DNA from: Tubiluchus corallicola
Taxonomy: Eukaryota; Animalia; Priapulida
Length of the DNA stretch: 64,000 bases
NCBI GenBank assembly: GCA_030141605.1
Contig: JAQGDQ010000006.1
Coordinates: 1,364,001 to 1,428,000 of the forward strand
Direction: 5' to 3'
Position 1 is the first letter of the stretch. Every line of letters starts with the position of its first letter. Shown here in pieces: positions 37,993-50,671 of the stretch. Position numbers and translations under genes: made by a program. The notes under the pieces are model-generated. The model had not been told where the DNA came from and made no database searches. It worked only from the letters and a program-made list of their open reading frames with translations.

Positions 37993-39968
37993 TATAGTCA
38001 AACTATACTAGTGTCATACTCTTTGTGCCGCCTATTTTGTGACTGCAAAAAAGCTGGCATTACAACGAGGCATTATAGGCGTAAATTGGCGTTAAAGGGT
38101 CATTCCAGGTGCAAAAACCCTTATGCCACAGATTTTAGTGCAATTTAGTGTATTGGTTTGGCATATGGAGAAATGCAAAAATCCAAATTTTTAGCAAAAT
38201 TGGGCCAATGGTTCAAAAGTTATGGCCCTTTAAAAATGGTCGAAAGGGCCAAAAAATTTGTCATGACCTGCAATTTTTAAACGTTCATAACTCACAAAGT
38301 TTATAACCTTTACTTTGACCTTGTGCGTCAGAACTTTTTTGACAGAATGTTCACAAAATCAAAATAAAGGAATACAATTTTAAACAGTACATTTTATTCC
38401 AAAGAAAAGTAGGATTGTTCCTCGGTCAAAGGACTACAATTCAGATGGTCAGAGAACTGATACGCGATATATTAGTTATGATAAGATTACATAAAAAAAT
38501 TTATAAAGTGTCATATATATGTTCCATAGGTGCTGTGACTTTGTGTGCTTTTACCAGTCCTTAATTTTCGCTTGAGGGGATTTTGATAAAATAAGAGAGA
38601 ATCCGCTCAATTCCTCTTGTAATGCCAACCCTGTCTAGTGATGCCCATATCTTTTCCACTTTCAAAATTGTTTGTATGAGTGTGCATGATGAAGTTTACT
38701 ATTTGGGAAAACCATAGAATATCTTCATAGAATAAAAATAACTAACGTTTTACTGGTGTTTTATCCAGAGTGAACAATACAGCATTAGCATTCATCAAAC
38801 ATACATCTCCGTCACTTTCTGATGATGAAACTTCTGTATATTCCTCCAAATCACTGTCTTATTCATGATCAACATTTTGTTTGAGTTTCATGCAAAACTT
38901 GGACACACTTTTTTTACCAATTACAACAGATTTGGTGGATTTGTAAATTGTCTGAAAAGATCCTCTGTAACGCTTCTCAAAGATCTGTGGATAATACTCT
39001 TGTGAAGAGAAAATGGATCACAGCATTTCCTTTGCAGTTGAGAATAATTAATCAGAAAGAGTTGCTCATGATGCTCACATAGAGTTGTGATCATTGGTAA
39101 AGGGACATCAGTTCTTGAACTTAAATGTCTCGAATGTTTCAGCATTCCTCAAAGATGTCTTCCTGGTGTATATTAGATGATGACATGAACTTTCTTTCGA
39201 ATAAAAACTGCACTTATCTATGTTTCACTAAAATAAATTCACACATTACATAAAATGCATGCTATAAGCTTTTAAAATTTAAAGATGACTGACTCCTAAA
39301 CACCAAATATTGAATGGATGCATATGAAATATATGGTACACATACACACTTTATGATATATACATGTCACCACGAATTAGGCTTGTACTGATAAATTCAA
39401 ATGCCCGTAAAAATTATTCAAAGCAAAAAACACCTTAGCTTTTTACAGAGTGCATGATTCAGATACAGAGGAATTCAGAAATTTCAGTGTCCATACAAAA
39501 CATTCTGTCCACAAGGTCATTTTCAAGGTCAAAGTAAAGGTCAAAAATTCTTGTAAATTCAGACACCACCTGTCTGAAGTTTTGTTGCAGATTCTGAAAG
39601 CTTACTGAATTTCCTTTAAGATGACACCACTCCCATCAAAATTGGATTTAAACTTTTTGAGTTTAGGCAATTTTTGGCCCGTTCGGCCATTTTTAAAGGG
39701 CCATAACTTTTGAACCATTGGCCCAATTTTGCTGATTTTTGCATTTCTCCATAAGCCAAACCAACACACCAAATTGCATTAAAATCTGTGACATAAGGGT
39801 GTTTATCTGAAAAAATATTGGGTGATTTGAGGTGGAATGACTCTATAACGAGGTGCATTAATACATGCATGTCTATGCAAACAGTGACATTTTGTTTTGC
39901 TAAAAATGTGGGCATTAAGCGAGATTCGCATTATAGAGGTGGAGGGGTTATAATGAAGTTTGACTGTA
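37993..39968. mobile_element. Old Tigger-like MITE split by the Sola2-like insertion
   Basis: Ends TATAGTCAAACT and AGTTTGACTGTA. Internal GGC(A/G)TTA(C/T)AACGAGG-type repeats occur on both sides of the insert. Confidence 0.65.
38097..39843 (-). mobile_element. Non-autonomous Sola2-like DNA transposon with long TIRs
   Basis: Termini GGGTCATTCCA and TGGAATGACTC (GRG type). TIR similarity extends more than 150 bp (AAAATTGGGCCAATGGTTCAAAAGTTATGGCCCTTTAAAAATGG mirrored at about 39687-39730). 4-bp flanks are TAAA and TATA. The internal minus-strand remnant LCEHH..KCCDPFSLH (38921-39145) resembles a transposase N-terminal zinc motif. Confidence 0.75.
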
Positions 39969-40737
39969 TTAATCAACTAAAGAAACAGAAAAGAAGAATT
40001 AAGTAAAAGAGACAACCAAATCTCTTAGTCTGACAGCCCTTGCAAATTGATTAAACAGACTGGAAAAACATAATTTGGCTTTAAACCCTTGCCTCCCAAA
40101 TATAATAGCATACTGATTCAAAGTTGTTATTTTGCACTTTTGCAAATATGAAGGTATGTAACAGAATTGTATATTTTTACATATAATAATGACCAGTGGC
40201 GAGTCATAGCTAAAATTACTGGGAGTGCTGCTTCAGAAAATTTTTTAGCCACTGTTTTAATACTGTGTAAGACGAAACAAACATATGTAATTTTAATAGC
40301 AGAAACTTTCAAATATAAAGGCATTTATACGTAGTAAGCAAAAACTCATTTGCAAGTAGTATCGCGAAACATTAAAAAAATTGCAAAATTTAGTGCAAAA
40401 CTAAGCAAACACACATTAAGCGATGCTGGCTTTATTCGCTGTACTACAGCATTCGAACTAATAAGGACAATCGCTGCACCATCAACAGGTGAAACAAACA
40501 AGCTGCTGGAATATGCTATCTTATGTCGTATAATTTAGTTGCACCTAACTTTACGCACACTTAGCATTAGAATGGGATTCATTAAACAAAATTTTGTCTC
40601 AGCCGGGCGCCTAACTTTACGACACCTCGGAAGCTGTCTTAACTGGTTGAATAGTGTTGTATTTATTGTGTCTCAAAATTATATTGATCTATATTTTAGA
40701 AATATTGTAATTATGAGAGTTACCAAAGGTTAATATT

Positions 40738-41253
40738 CATCTTCTCTTCTCTTTCATTTCTTTTTTCTTTTCTTTTCTTTTCTTTTCTTTCCTTTTTTCT
40801 TTTTTCTTTTCTTCTCTTCTCTTCCTTTCCTTCCCGTCTTCACACATCTCCTCTCCTTGCCACTCCTCTATTCTCAGCTACTTTCGAGCTCCACTTCACT
40901 TCACTTTTTCCCCTCCTCTCCGTTGCTTTGCCTTCTCTTTTGCTCTTCTTTTCTCTTCCCTATTTCATTTCCCTTCTTCTCTTTGCTCCTACCTTTTTCA
41001 ACTACTTTCGAGCTCCTGTCTTCACTTCTCTTCCATTCCTTTGCATTCTCTCCCTTGTACTAGCTTCTTTTTTCTTTGTTCTTCTCTTCTCTTCTCCTCT
41101 CTTCTCAAGTACTTCAAGTTCCTCTCTTCAGTTCACTTTCCTTTCCCTTCCCTTTCATCCCTGTTGCATTCCTTCTCTTGTCTTTGCTTCTTTTTTCTTC
41201 CCTCTCCCTATCTCCTCTCTCCTGTTCCTTCCCTGTCCTTTCTCTTCCCTTCT
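40738..41253. repeat. About 500-bp polypyrimidine/polypurine (CT-rich) low-complexity tract
   Basis: Almost exclusively C/T on +, with a (CTTTT)n start and recurring CTACTTTCGAGCTCC-like islands near 40878, 41002 and 41109. Confidence 0.9.
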
Positions 41254-41469
41254 GCATTATTAAAGTGTTTGCATTATTAGGCCTAAGATATGCATAAGAG
41301 AATTGCAACTCGTCAATTCTGACTTATTCAACTCGATAAAAGCTGTATTATAGAAGCAAATAATCCTCATACAGACCGCACCTTCGAGTCGTGCCTGCAG
41401 CTGCTTATTTATTCAGGTTTATTATCATTTTGCGTGTTACAGCTCTTGTGATTCGCTAAAGCCAGAACC

Positions 41470-41707
41470 GCCTAGGGTGTCTTAATCTATGACAAACTTT
41501 TCAATCTAACTCAAATAGCGGACTTAAGTGACACCTATGACAGTTTTATGAATTCCAACCAACAGTAAAGCTACGACAACCAGCGACGTGGACTTAAGTG
41601 CACCCTAAGACAGCTACATAAATACGATTTATGACACTGTCTTAGCGATGTCGTAAGACAAAGCACTGAAGAGCATAAATTAACGATGCGTACATGAATT
41701 TGGCCCC
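41470..41707. mobile_element. Probable PIF/Harbinger-type MITE fragment
   Basis: Ends in ATGAATTTGGCCCC and carries duplicated GGACTTAAGTG..CCTA(T/A)GACAG motifs. The opposite TIR was not found. Confidence 0.35.
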
Positions 41708-41899
41708 GGATGTGCAAATGTCAAACTTCAGACAATTGCTTCAAATTCCATTATATCGAAATATTTTAATAACCATGATCCAATTTATTATCCCAGCCTC
41801 ATGTCTCTGGGACAGAATTTAACATTCAAGATTGATGCCGAAAAATGAAATAATCCAATGATCTACTACCACATGTTCTGCTAACACCCAACTAACACT

Positions 41900-42618
41900 T
41901 ACAGTCAGTCTTCGCTTAATGACTCCCGTTTAACGATGTTTCATTTTAACAATGCTGAATATTTCACAATTTTTTCTCACGTAACGACACACATTTTATT
42001 TCTGACGACAATTTTTTGCTTTGTTCAAACCCATTTTTTATCAACAACATTTTAACCTAATTTGAAACACTAAAACAGTACATGTTGCACACTGCACCAA
42101 AAGTGCACTAAATAGTAAGTAACGTAAAAATGTACATTTACTATTAATGTTTTGCTTCCCAATTGACTGTTAAATGTATCCAGTACATCTATTTGCAATT
42201 TATATGTCTCCAGGCACCCGAGTGCAAACTTTATGCAGGGAGTTTTACCTGAAACCTGTTGTTATAGCAACCAGTATCTACATGAAATTGTCTCAAGGCC
42301 ACCCCCAAGCTTGGCTTTTACTATGTAGCATTCAAATGGCTTCAAGGTTAATGAAAGAGAAAACTGCTAGCTAGGCATTAAGGAAGTTGTGTGGTTTCAA
42401 ACAAGCAGAAAGAAATTAATTAGTAGAAATGTGAATAAAACTCATAAAGAGTTTAATTTATACAAATTAGACAGCATTGATTTTTGCCTTTGGAATGTAT
42501 ATCAGTTCTTTTATATTACTTTCTATGGAAGTCTTGGCTTCATCTAACGTTTTCACTTAGCAATGCACTTTTGCTGATATGCTTTAATATTACCGTCGTC
42601 AAGCCAGTAGGTAGTGTA
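41900..42618. mobile_element. Degenerate Tigger-like MITE
   Basis: Left end TACAGTCAGTCTTCGCTTAATGAC with TAACGA repeats, right end CGTCGTCAAGCCAGTAGGTAGTGTA. TIR match is imperfect. Confidence 0.45.
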
Positions 42619-43735
42619 CATTACAAGATCAATACAATACACTGTGGAATTGTTGATTAATGTAAGTGATGAGTAGCATATTTTGGTTACGCAAGTAGTG
42701 ACTGTATGGCAGTGCCAAAGCTTTATTTATTGCAGCAATTGATGAAAAGCCTCAGAATTGAAAAAAACGAATAATCAAGGCCTTGTTGCTTCTTGCAACA
42801 CTACGTGGGTATTCACACTTGCCAATAGTCCTGTGTATTGTGGTGGCAGCCTAGACCGTTTCACCGTGTGCAGTGGTACACAAAGTCTGTACACAACAAG
42901 GCTGTACACAAGAATGTCAAGCAAGCGCGAATGTCCTGCTACGTATCATGATGCACGTATATCGCACCATGGTACAGTGGTATGACAATGGGTATAAGTG
43001 GTATGTTGCAAATGTACTTGAGGAACATCTTTCTAAATTAAAGCATAAGACATATTGTCTCAATTGGTTTCAAACAGTTTAACTGACCTATGTTTTTTAC
43101 TCTTTTTTCTACTTTTATTGTATTCACACCTTGTATTCAGTTTTACTGCTATGGTGTGACTTTTTAATAGAACCAATTATTTATTTATTCATGTACACTG
43201 TGCACCATTCGTACTGTTCTATCGTTTGTATCAACACTGCAAATTCTGCAACGGTACCCAGCGTCATGGTACATGAAGATTGAAGGTGATAGCACACGGC
43301 GATGAATACCTTATCCAAAGAAATAAGGACATAGATGGTGATTATGAGAAAGCGCGAGTATATTCGCATTTCCTTCTCTTAATGTCTTTATCGTTATCGA
43401 ATAAGCTGCCAATGGTTTACCTTTATTCTATGCATTATTTCCTTCTGTGCCTATGCTTGCCCTCTGGCCATTTCTGAGCACAGTAGGTTTACAATACGGG
43501 AAGCCTTACTAAAATATTTTTATCCCCTGGTTCGGCTTGGATGTACGATGAATGTATTTTCTTTTCATTCGGTTTTAATAATAGTTATGAAAAAGATATC
43601 TGCCCGCAAGAAACCGTAAAGACAGCAGTTAATCTAATGCTGTACCAGTGGTTTGTCAGCACCACTTCCAACTAATAATAGATTTCTTTTATTTTAGAAT
43701 TCTGCCTGCCAAACGTCTACAATAGACTTAATGGG

Positions 43736-43980
43736 TAGAGGGTGAGCATTCTCTACCGGAAAACAAATTCGAATAGATTCGAATTTTTGACTTTTGAACT
43801 CGAATCGCGCCGAATTTCGAATCGAATTCGAACTGAGTGTGCTAATTGTGATAAGTGTGCTAATTGCATGATGTTCTAATGATAACAAACGTAACCACAA
43901 AATGCTGAATTATTGAAGTCTAAGTTTAGTTTCAAATCGAATTTGAATGTTCCAACTCGAACGTTCGGTGCTCACCCCTA
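43736..43980 (+). mobile_element. hAT-type MITE with TTCGAA subterminal repeats, copy 1 (internally deleted)
   Basis: TIRs TAGAGGGTGAGCA and TGCTCACCCCTA. The 8-bp flanks TTAATGGG and GTAATGGG (7/8) fit a hAT target duplication. Confidence 0.85.
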
Positions 43981-44474
43981 GTAATGGGCTTATGATGATA
44001 TAATGATGAATAATAGTTATGAAACATTGCTAAAATTTGATGAAACTGCTAGGTACATTATTAGAATTTATACACTTTTGCAGGTAAATTCAGGTACCCT
44101 GTATTTAGGTTGTCCCTATCATTAAGCCACTATAGGCAACACAGTGATTAACAGGCAACAATAATAATATTTACACGAATAGCTAGAATCTAACGCAGTA
44201 CGTGCAAAATATTTTAACTGAATTTTTTTGAGTGGTCTGTGATTTCAGGCTTTCTAAAAAATTTTTCGAGTGGCTTGTGACTTCATGTAGGTGTGCATGA
44301 GCATGTGGAATTTTCTGAATACTTGCACCCCCAAGTTCGCACATGTACACCAACCACCCATCAATGAAGGATCGTTTAATCCACAGGCCACATGCACCTA
44401 CCATGCGGTATGGGCTGCACTGCCGTGTTGATATGTGCTACATGCTCAATGCCAACTGCTACATGTGCAGAAAT

Positions 44475-44901
44475 TAGGGGTGAGCATTCTCTATTAGAAA
44501 GCAAATTCGAATCGAATTTGTGACTTTCGAATTTGAGTCGAACCGAACTTCAGTATTTCGAATTCGAATTGAGATTTGAGCATTTTTGAACAAGTTTTCG
44601 AACCACCAGTAAAGAGTCTTATAACGAACCACCAGTAAAAAGAATATCAGTCCTACAAAGATCATGCATATTACTCGATTTTCTTCTGGAGTAAAACCAC
44701 TAATAATTTCTTTAAAAACTGTGCCCAGAAATCACAGGTAAATTATGCTAATTGCATGATGTTTCAAATGTCTCGATGATAAAGAACATATGTGTTTGAA
44801 GAGCTGAATTATTTGAATCTATATTTTTAGGTTCGAATCGAATTGGAACTGAAAAAACTCGTTCGAATCGAACTCGAACATTCGGTCGATGCTCACGCCT
44901 A
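44475..44901 (+). mobile_element. hAT-type MITE with TTCGAA repeats, copy 2
   Basis: TAGGGGTGAGCATTCTCTA..ATGCTCACGCCTA, sharing terminal and internal sequence with copy 1. Confidence 0.85.
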
Positions 44902-45099
44902 GTGCAGATCATGAAGATCGTGCCCAGTTCGACGAGTACAGGGCTATAATTTCTATACTTTTCTTTAAGATTACTTTGCAAAAAGTTGCAATACTGTAAC
45001 ATTCGAAGACTGCATGGCCTGCATTCGCTTCCTTTTCCTAATTTCAGTCAAGAACAATTTTTATTGTTATTTTATTGAGAGAATTAAAGGCTGTTTTCA

Positions 45100-46343
45100 T
45101 TAACGCGCTTGCGCAGTTACTTATTATTTCTCACGCGGTCCGCTGTAGCGGCGGGAGAGCCACGCAAGCTTTGGTAAGAGATTTTTTATTTTCCCATGTA
45201 TAAGAGACCCTTGTGTATAAGAGACCCCTTCAATTTTTAGGCAAAAATTCTGGAAAAAAGTTTTTTGGTAATGAATACCTTTGTTCATCATAGAAATCAT
45301 TAAATTCCTCATCACTCTCATCAAAAATATCAACTGGAGTCAGACCTTCAGCAATTCCAGCCAGTTCATCATCAGAGGAGTCACTCTGCTCAAAAATGGC
45401 ATTGTCCTCTTTTGACATTTAAAAAAATAATAACTTACCCGGTACATTAATTTTATCATTAGAATTTAGCCATGGAGAAGATTTATTGAAAGGAAACTAT
45501 AATTATTCGAAATAAAACAGTTGTAGAGCACTTATTTCTTTAAAATCATTAGTGTCACAATTTATGCATTTTATTGAAAAGACTTACTCCCATGTATAAG
45601 AGACCCCCTATTTTTAAAGTGAAAATTCTGAGCAAAAAAGGGTCTCTTATACACGGGAAAATACGGTAGTATAGTTGTTTATAGGTGTTTATATATATAT
45701 ATATATTGAAGAGCAAGAAGTGAGAACAGAAGATATTAATAGCATTATATATTGAAAATTAAATGGGAGAAGATAATGCAGGAGAATTATTGAATTCTGT
45801 AAAGAGTAAAGTAAAGTGGTTAGAACTAGAAGGGATAGTGGCTTGAGATTAAAATAAGATTATACGATTTTCCTTGCGTTCGTTAGCGCTAGATGTTGCT
45901 ACCGACGCCGGGTACGGCGAGGGTGCATCTAGAACCTACAAGAGAAGTGCAGTTAATGCTTGCTCTTAGCATGGATTTGCCACTCTGCTTATTGCCTATA
46001 TTGGTTATTTACTGAAAGGACCGCCCACACGGCACGCGCTGGTACATACAGCTTACTAGCTAGTCATTGTGGCTTTGAGTTATTTGTCATAAGTAATTGT
46101 TCAGTTGTATTTATATCGAACATGATTGAATCGGTTGTATAATGTTAACTTAAATAAATTTCGCATACATGCAATATTATTGTATATAAGAGCTGGTATA
46201 AAAATATGCGGGGAAATGCACGATGATTTATAATGGAAAAAATGAAAAGGTCAGAGGATTTTCCACTGTTACTATCCACAGTTTCTGAAACATTTTTTCT
46301 ACAAGCAAAACTATCGTGGACGATGATCAACACAGGAGACCAG
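45100..46343. promoter_or_regulatory. Putative divergent promoter region for the zinc-finger gene (-) and vasa (+)
   Basis: Locally CpG-rich patches (45104-45170, 45875-46040), an NRF1-like GCGCTTGCGCA, a candidate minus-strand donor near 45120 and a plus-strand donor CAG|GTTAGT at 46343/46344. Both genes have acceptors upstream of their ATGs and need upstream exons. This is inference only. Confidence 0.35.
45187..45668 (-). mobile_element. pogo-family MITE with transposase C-terminal remnant
   Basis: TIRs TATTTTCCCATGTATAAGAGACCC and GGGTCTCTTATACACGGGAAAATACGGTA. The minus-strand acidic fragment EDNAIFE..DIFDESDEEFNDF resembles pogo transposase tails. Confidence 0.8.
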
Positions 46344-47859
46344 GTTAGTAGTTGCTTTTTATCGTATATTGCCGATATGTTTATAAGTCACACTTTTGAA
46401 TTGTTATAGTTACTTATACTTGTATTGCCACTATTTTGGTTTTTTACAAGTGGGGATTCGATTTTGTCATTGTGAATTCGGTATGTGGTTGTAAATGTTT
46501 TATAAACTTAGCCGTTTTCGTAATTATTTAGATTCCTATATTCATATTTGTTCATTTACATGCTCATAAAAATTACTCAATTACATGCCAATAAACTCTT
46601 AGCAATTGGCTATAGTCATTTTTTCTCAGACTGAGCTGTCATCTATCGTCAGTTTTTTAATTATTTCTGCAAAGTATATTAATTAGCATTAACAGTGGAA
46701 TGGTTAGTTGTGATAGGCCAATATTAAATAAATGCACATTTTTAGTTAGCTGTATTTACCCAAATTTACTGCTGTAATGATTCATTAGATCAGAAATTTA
46801 GTTTTCATTAGTTTGTGTTGTGTGATGAAAACTGGTTAATTCAAAGGTGTTTATGTAGTACATTCAGAATAATGAATTTTAAGCAATTAAATCACTCGCT
46901 GAAAGTAAAAGTTGAATGGGAGAGCTTAAAATCAAAGTTTGGTAGTGTGAGCAAATTTTCAGTTTGAAAAAATAAAGTACAATATCGATCTCAAGTAAAA
47001 GTTTTTAATGCAGTTAAATACTTTTGGATTGTTTTTAAAGAAATTTAACAGGCAGTACAATGCTAGATGGCGTGAGTCACAGTGTGTATGTGAAATTTCA
47101 GAGAATTAAAAACTTTCCCATGCTATGTGAACTTCAAAAATTTTGTACTGAATTTCGTTTAGCTCAGTCTCTTAAAAATTGTGCATATAATTTTTTAAAT
47201 TCCAGTTCCATACGTCAGTACCAGATATTATCAGTTACAAATGACTGCTTATATAGCTTTTTTCTATTTTGTATTATTTGCATTGAAAAGTTTTTTGAGT
47301 TGGATATACTGCCCAATCTTCAAGAGTCTCACGAAGAATGCATGTACGTTTCTGCCTATGAATAACAAGCCCAACACGACTATAGTATAATAAGTGTAAT
47401 GTACAGTATAAACGGTGTGTTGAGAATGCACCCGTCGCTGGACACGATTCACGTGTTCAGTCATTCTCAGTGAGTGCAATGTAAAGTAATTGTCGGGTTT
47501 CTTCACTTCAAATAACGCGATTTAATAATTGGAATGATTTGTCTGGTGACATGTTTCTTGGACCTAATTAAGTTATACAAAATTACCATTCTGAAGTGTA
47601 TTATAAGATTTTTCATTGCTACTTAATTAGATAAGATGTTTTGATGCACCTTGTCCAACTTATAGCCTATGTTCAAATTATTATAGTACACAAACAGGAA
47701 GGCTCGACCAGAAGACAGTGATAAAATAAACTGTTAGCTACTTGTTGCTGGCAGCATGATTATCTGTATTTGATCAGACTTACACACCCTTAGTCGCCCT
47801 TAATGTTACTGACATCATACTCTTCTAATGGCTAGTTAATTGAAAAAAAGCTGGAACAC

Positions 47860-47930
47860 TGTGGGTCGATGAGGACTTGAACGCATAACCTTGTGATTTC
47901 AGATCGGCTGTACTGACTTCTGGTCTGATA
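47860..47930 (-). mobile_element. tRNA-like SINE head remnant
   Basis: Minus strand reads AGGTTATGCGTTCAAGTCCTCATCGACCCAC (T-arm/B-box-like). The 5' half does not fold as a tRNA. Confidence 0.35.
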
Positions 47931-50324
47931 GTGTAGTAGGTTACAGATTTTTTCCTAGCAGTACACAATCAATCGGAAACATCTACACGATACCATAATT
48001 GTAGTGATATGGCTCTCTATTTTTAAAAAAAACACTGACATGATGTACAAGCTCAGTGGTAATTTACTGTGTTAAAGAGATCATAATTTGCTGCCTTTAT
48101 TTATTTTCAGATTATACCATGTGACCTTCAGGCTTCAAGTGTGTTGGAACTGAAACATTATTTTAGTGAATCTGAGTGCTGTGTTTCATTGCATCATTTG
48201 AACCCTAGATAAAATTTAAGCCTTTACTCCTTCATTTGCTGTATACCGCTTGTGCGATGTTTTAAAAACCAGCTGACCCTGAAACACGACAGACACAGTG
48301 CGATTGATGATTACTTTGCATATGTACAATGGTGAAATAAAAGACATGCGTCAACTGACATTTTTCCTAAGTTGCCATTTTATGTAGAAGCAGGTCTAAG
48401 AAAAATGATAGAACCTGTAACTGGCAGTTCTGTTCTTTAGAACATTGAATTGATTTATACACGATTAAAGACAGTATGTCATATTTGGATATACTAAGGA
48501 AATGCGTGGAAGTTCAGAACTGCTTGAAGCGACTGAAGTCAACTTATGCGAAATTTACAGCAAATCTTGAATGTTTTTACAGTTAATCTTTGAAATAATG
48601 ATGATGGTGGTTTATCTATAAGCTGATAGACCATAAAGTAAAATTTTAATGGTGATGGTAATGATTATGATGAATTTATTTATATTAAGCCTGCAAGATA
48701 GACTGAGTCACATTGTTGCTTCAGTAATTAGAACTTTATTTAATATTTATACCATTAATTCATTTTCATATTGACTGAGTCAAGCAGCAGTATGTGTAGG
48801 CCTAAATCTCGTAGCTTGTAATGCCAATCTTTTTCTTTAAGTGGCGGCTCATACTTTGCATAATATATACCACTGTTTTTACAGCATGTGTTGCAGCACA
48901 CGAAATCTATTATTGAACTAATAAAAGTTCGTATCATTTATATTTAGACAGAGCTTCGTCAATTGTACTGGCTTAATAGATTTGCTATCTTTTCGGCTGC
49001 ACTTTGACATAATAAATTGTTCTGTAATTGTTGCTTTTGTACCCCTAGCAAACTGTTATGTACCCTTTTAAACTGGAACAGCAAACCACTAGTCAAAACC
49101 AAGCCTTCTAAAGTATAGATGCATGGATGTAGCTGACCTTTAAGTAGGTTGCAGGGGGGTTTTAGACACGGGTTTTAGGCACAAGACTGTGTCTAACCGA
49201 ATATTTGTTCAAGTTATCCTTTTGTCCAAATAATCTGTGTCCTTTTGTTTATGTGTGTCCAAATGACCTATGTGTCCATAAGTTTGGCAGTGAGGCATCC
49301 TATAAAAAATGTCTGTATCGAAATATGTGCACACCATTCAGCTAACTTAATATTATTAAGCATAATAGTTCTTTAAGGTAAGACACTGAATCATCAGAGA
49401 TTGTTTAGCCCTGTGGATGAGTATACATCCTTCATCAATAGATTTTTCCTAATGGTCATTCAACAGTTTACTACTCTATTCAGCATTGCTTAATTTCTCT
49501 GTTAAGTATTCACTGCTATCATGATGCAGCTGTTCTTGTTTGGTGATACAGGCATAGCTCAATGGTAGTAATAGGCTAGCACTACAGAATTTGGTGTAAA
49601 AATTTAAGTGTTATAGGCCTATTGTTGTTGTAATGTTAAAATGTATAACGAACAAGTTCAACAAACAACTACGTCATTTTGTTTGTTTTACTTAAAGTTT
49701 AATAAACAGATGCATTGTGTTACTGTTAAACTAGTGTATTGAAAATAGAAAAAACCTTGATGTTAAAAAGTAATAAAGTGTGTACATAGTTACACAAGTG
49801 TTTTGGGTTATGTTATAGATTTTTTTTCAGATTTTTAAATTAATTAATAATTTTTAGTTATTTTCAGACGTAAAAGTATCATAGTCCATGCCTATAGAAA
49901 AAAGTAGTTTTGATACGAATACACGTACATACACAGAGTTTATCAAATGCATATTTGCTTAAAGGTTACTTTTGTTGGAGTAACCTCCAACACAGCTCCT
50001 CTAAAATGTAACCCACATCATCGTGCAGCCCTATTCCTCTTCTTTTCAAAGAGCTATTATATTTCCTTCCAAGTGTCCCACCAGATGCCAGTAGAATATT
50101 TTTCTGTGGTCTGTTTTTTTGAAAAAATCAGGAGTTGGGTCTGGGAGAACACCCATTACACTACTACACCCATCTAACTTCATGAATTTTGTGATATGTT
50201 GATGGAATACAAAAAGCTCTATGTACTAAAGTTTAAATAAGATTGCAGACAGTTCAAATAATGCCTAGTGTATGTTGTACATGCCAAAATAATAAGGTCG
50301 AGCCTAAAATAGTCAAATGTGATT

Positions 50325-50671
50325 TGTGAATTCGAACATTCGAATTCGATTCGTACGAGTTTTTTTAGTTCGAATTTGATTCGATAATTCAGCACTTCAA
50401 CCTCATACTATCATTAAAAGCTTTGCAACATTGTGCAATTAGCGTAATTTAGCTGTGATTTCTGTGCGCAATTTTTAAACAAATTATTAATAGTTTTATT
50501 GCAGAACAAAGTCTTCTAATATGCAAGATCTTTGCAGGACTAATTTTTATTGGTGGTTCGAAAACTTGTTTTCGAAAATCTTTCAATCTCAGTTGGAGTT
50601 TGATTTGAATTTGAAATACTGAAGTTCGGTTCGATTCGAATTCGTTTTCTGCTAGAGAATGCTTGCCCCTA
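50325..50671 (-). mobile_element. hAT-type MITE with TTCGAA repeats, copy 3 (inverted, one end truncated)
   Basis: Ends AGAGAATGCTTGCCCCTA. Internal sequence is the reverse complement of copy 2 (e.g. GAAATACTGAAGTTCGGTTCGA, TGGTGGTTCGAAAACTTGTT). Confidence 0.8.

Noticed and set aside
40857-41308. Several hydrophobic Phe/Leu/Ser-rich ORFs
   Set aside because: Artefacts of the CT-rich tract, which cannot encode stop codons on the + strand.
43760-43835. Heat-shock elements in the TTCGAA arrays
   Set aside because: Spacing is mostly TTCGAA rather than nGAAnnTTCn. Better explained as transposase-binding subterminal repeats.
47860-47930. Functional tRNA gene
   Set aside because: Only a T-arm/B-box-like half is present, with no acceptor-stem pairing. 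Treated as a SINE remnant.
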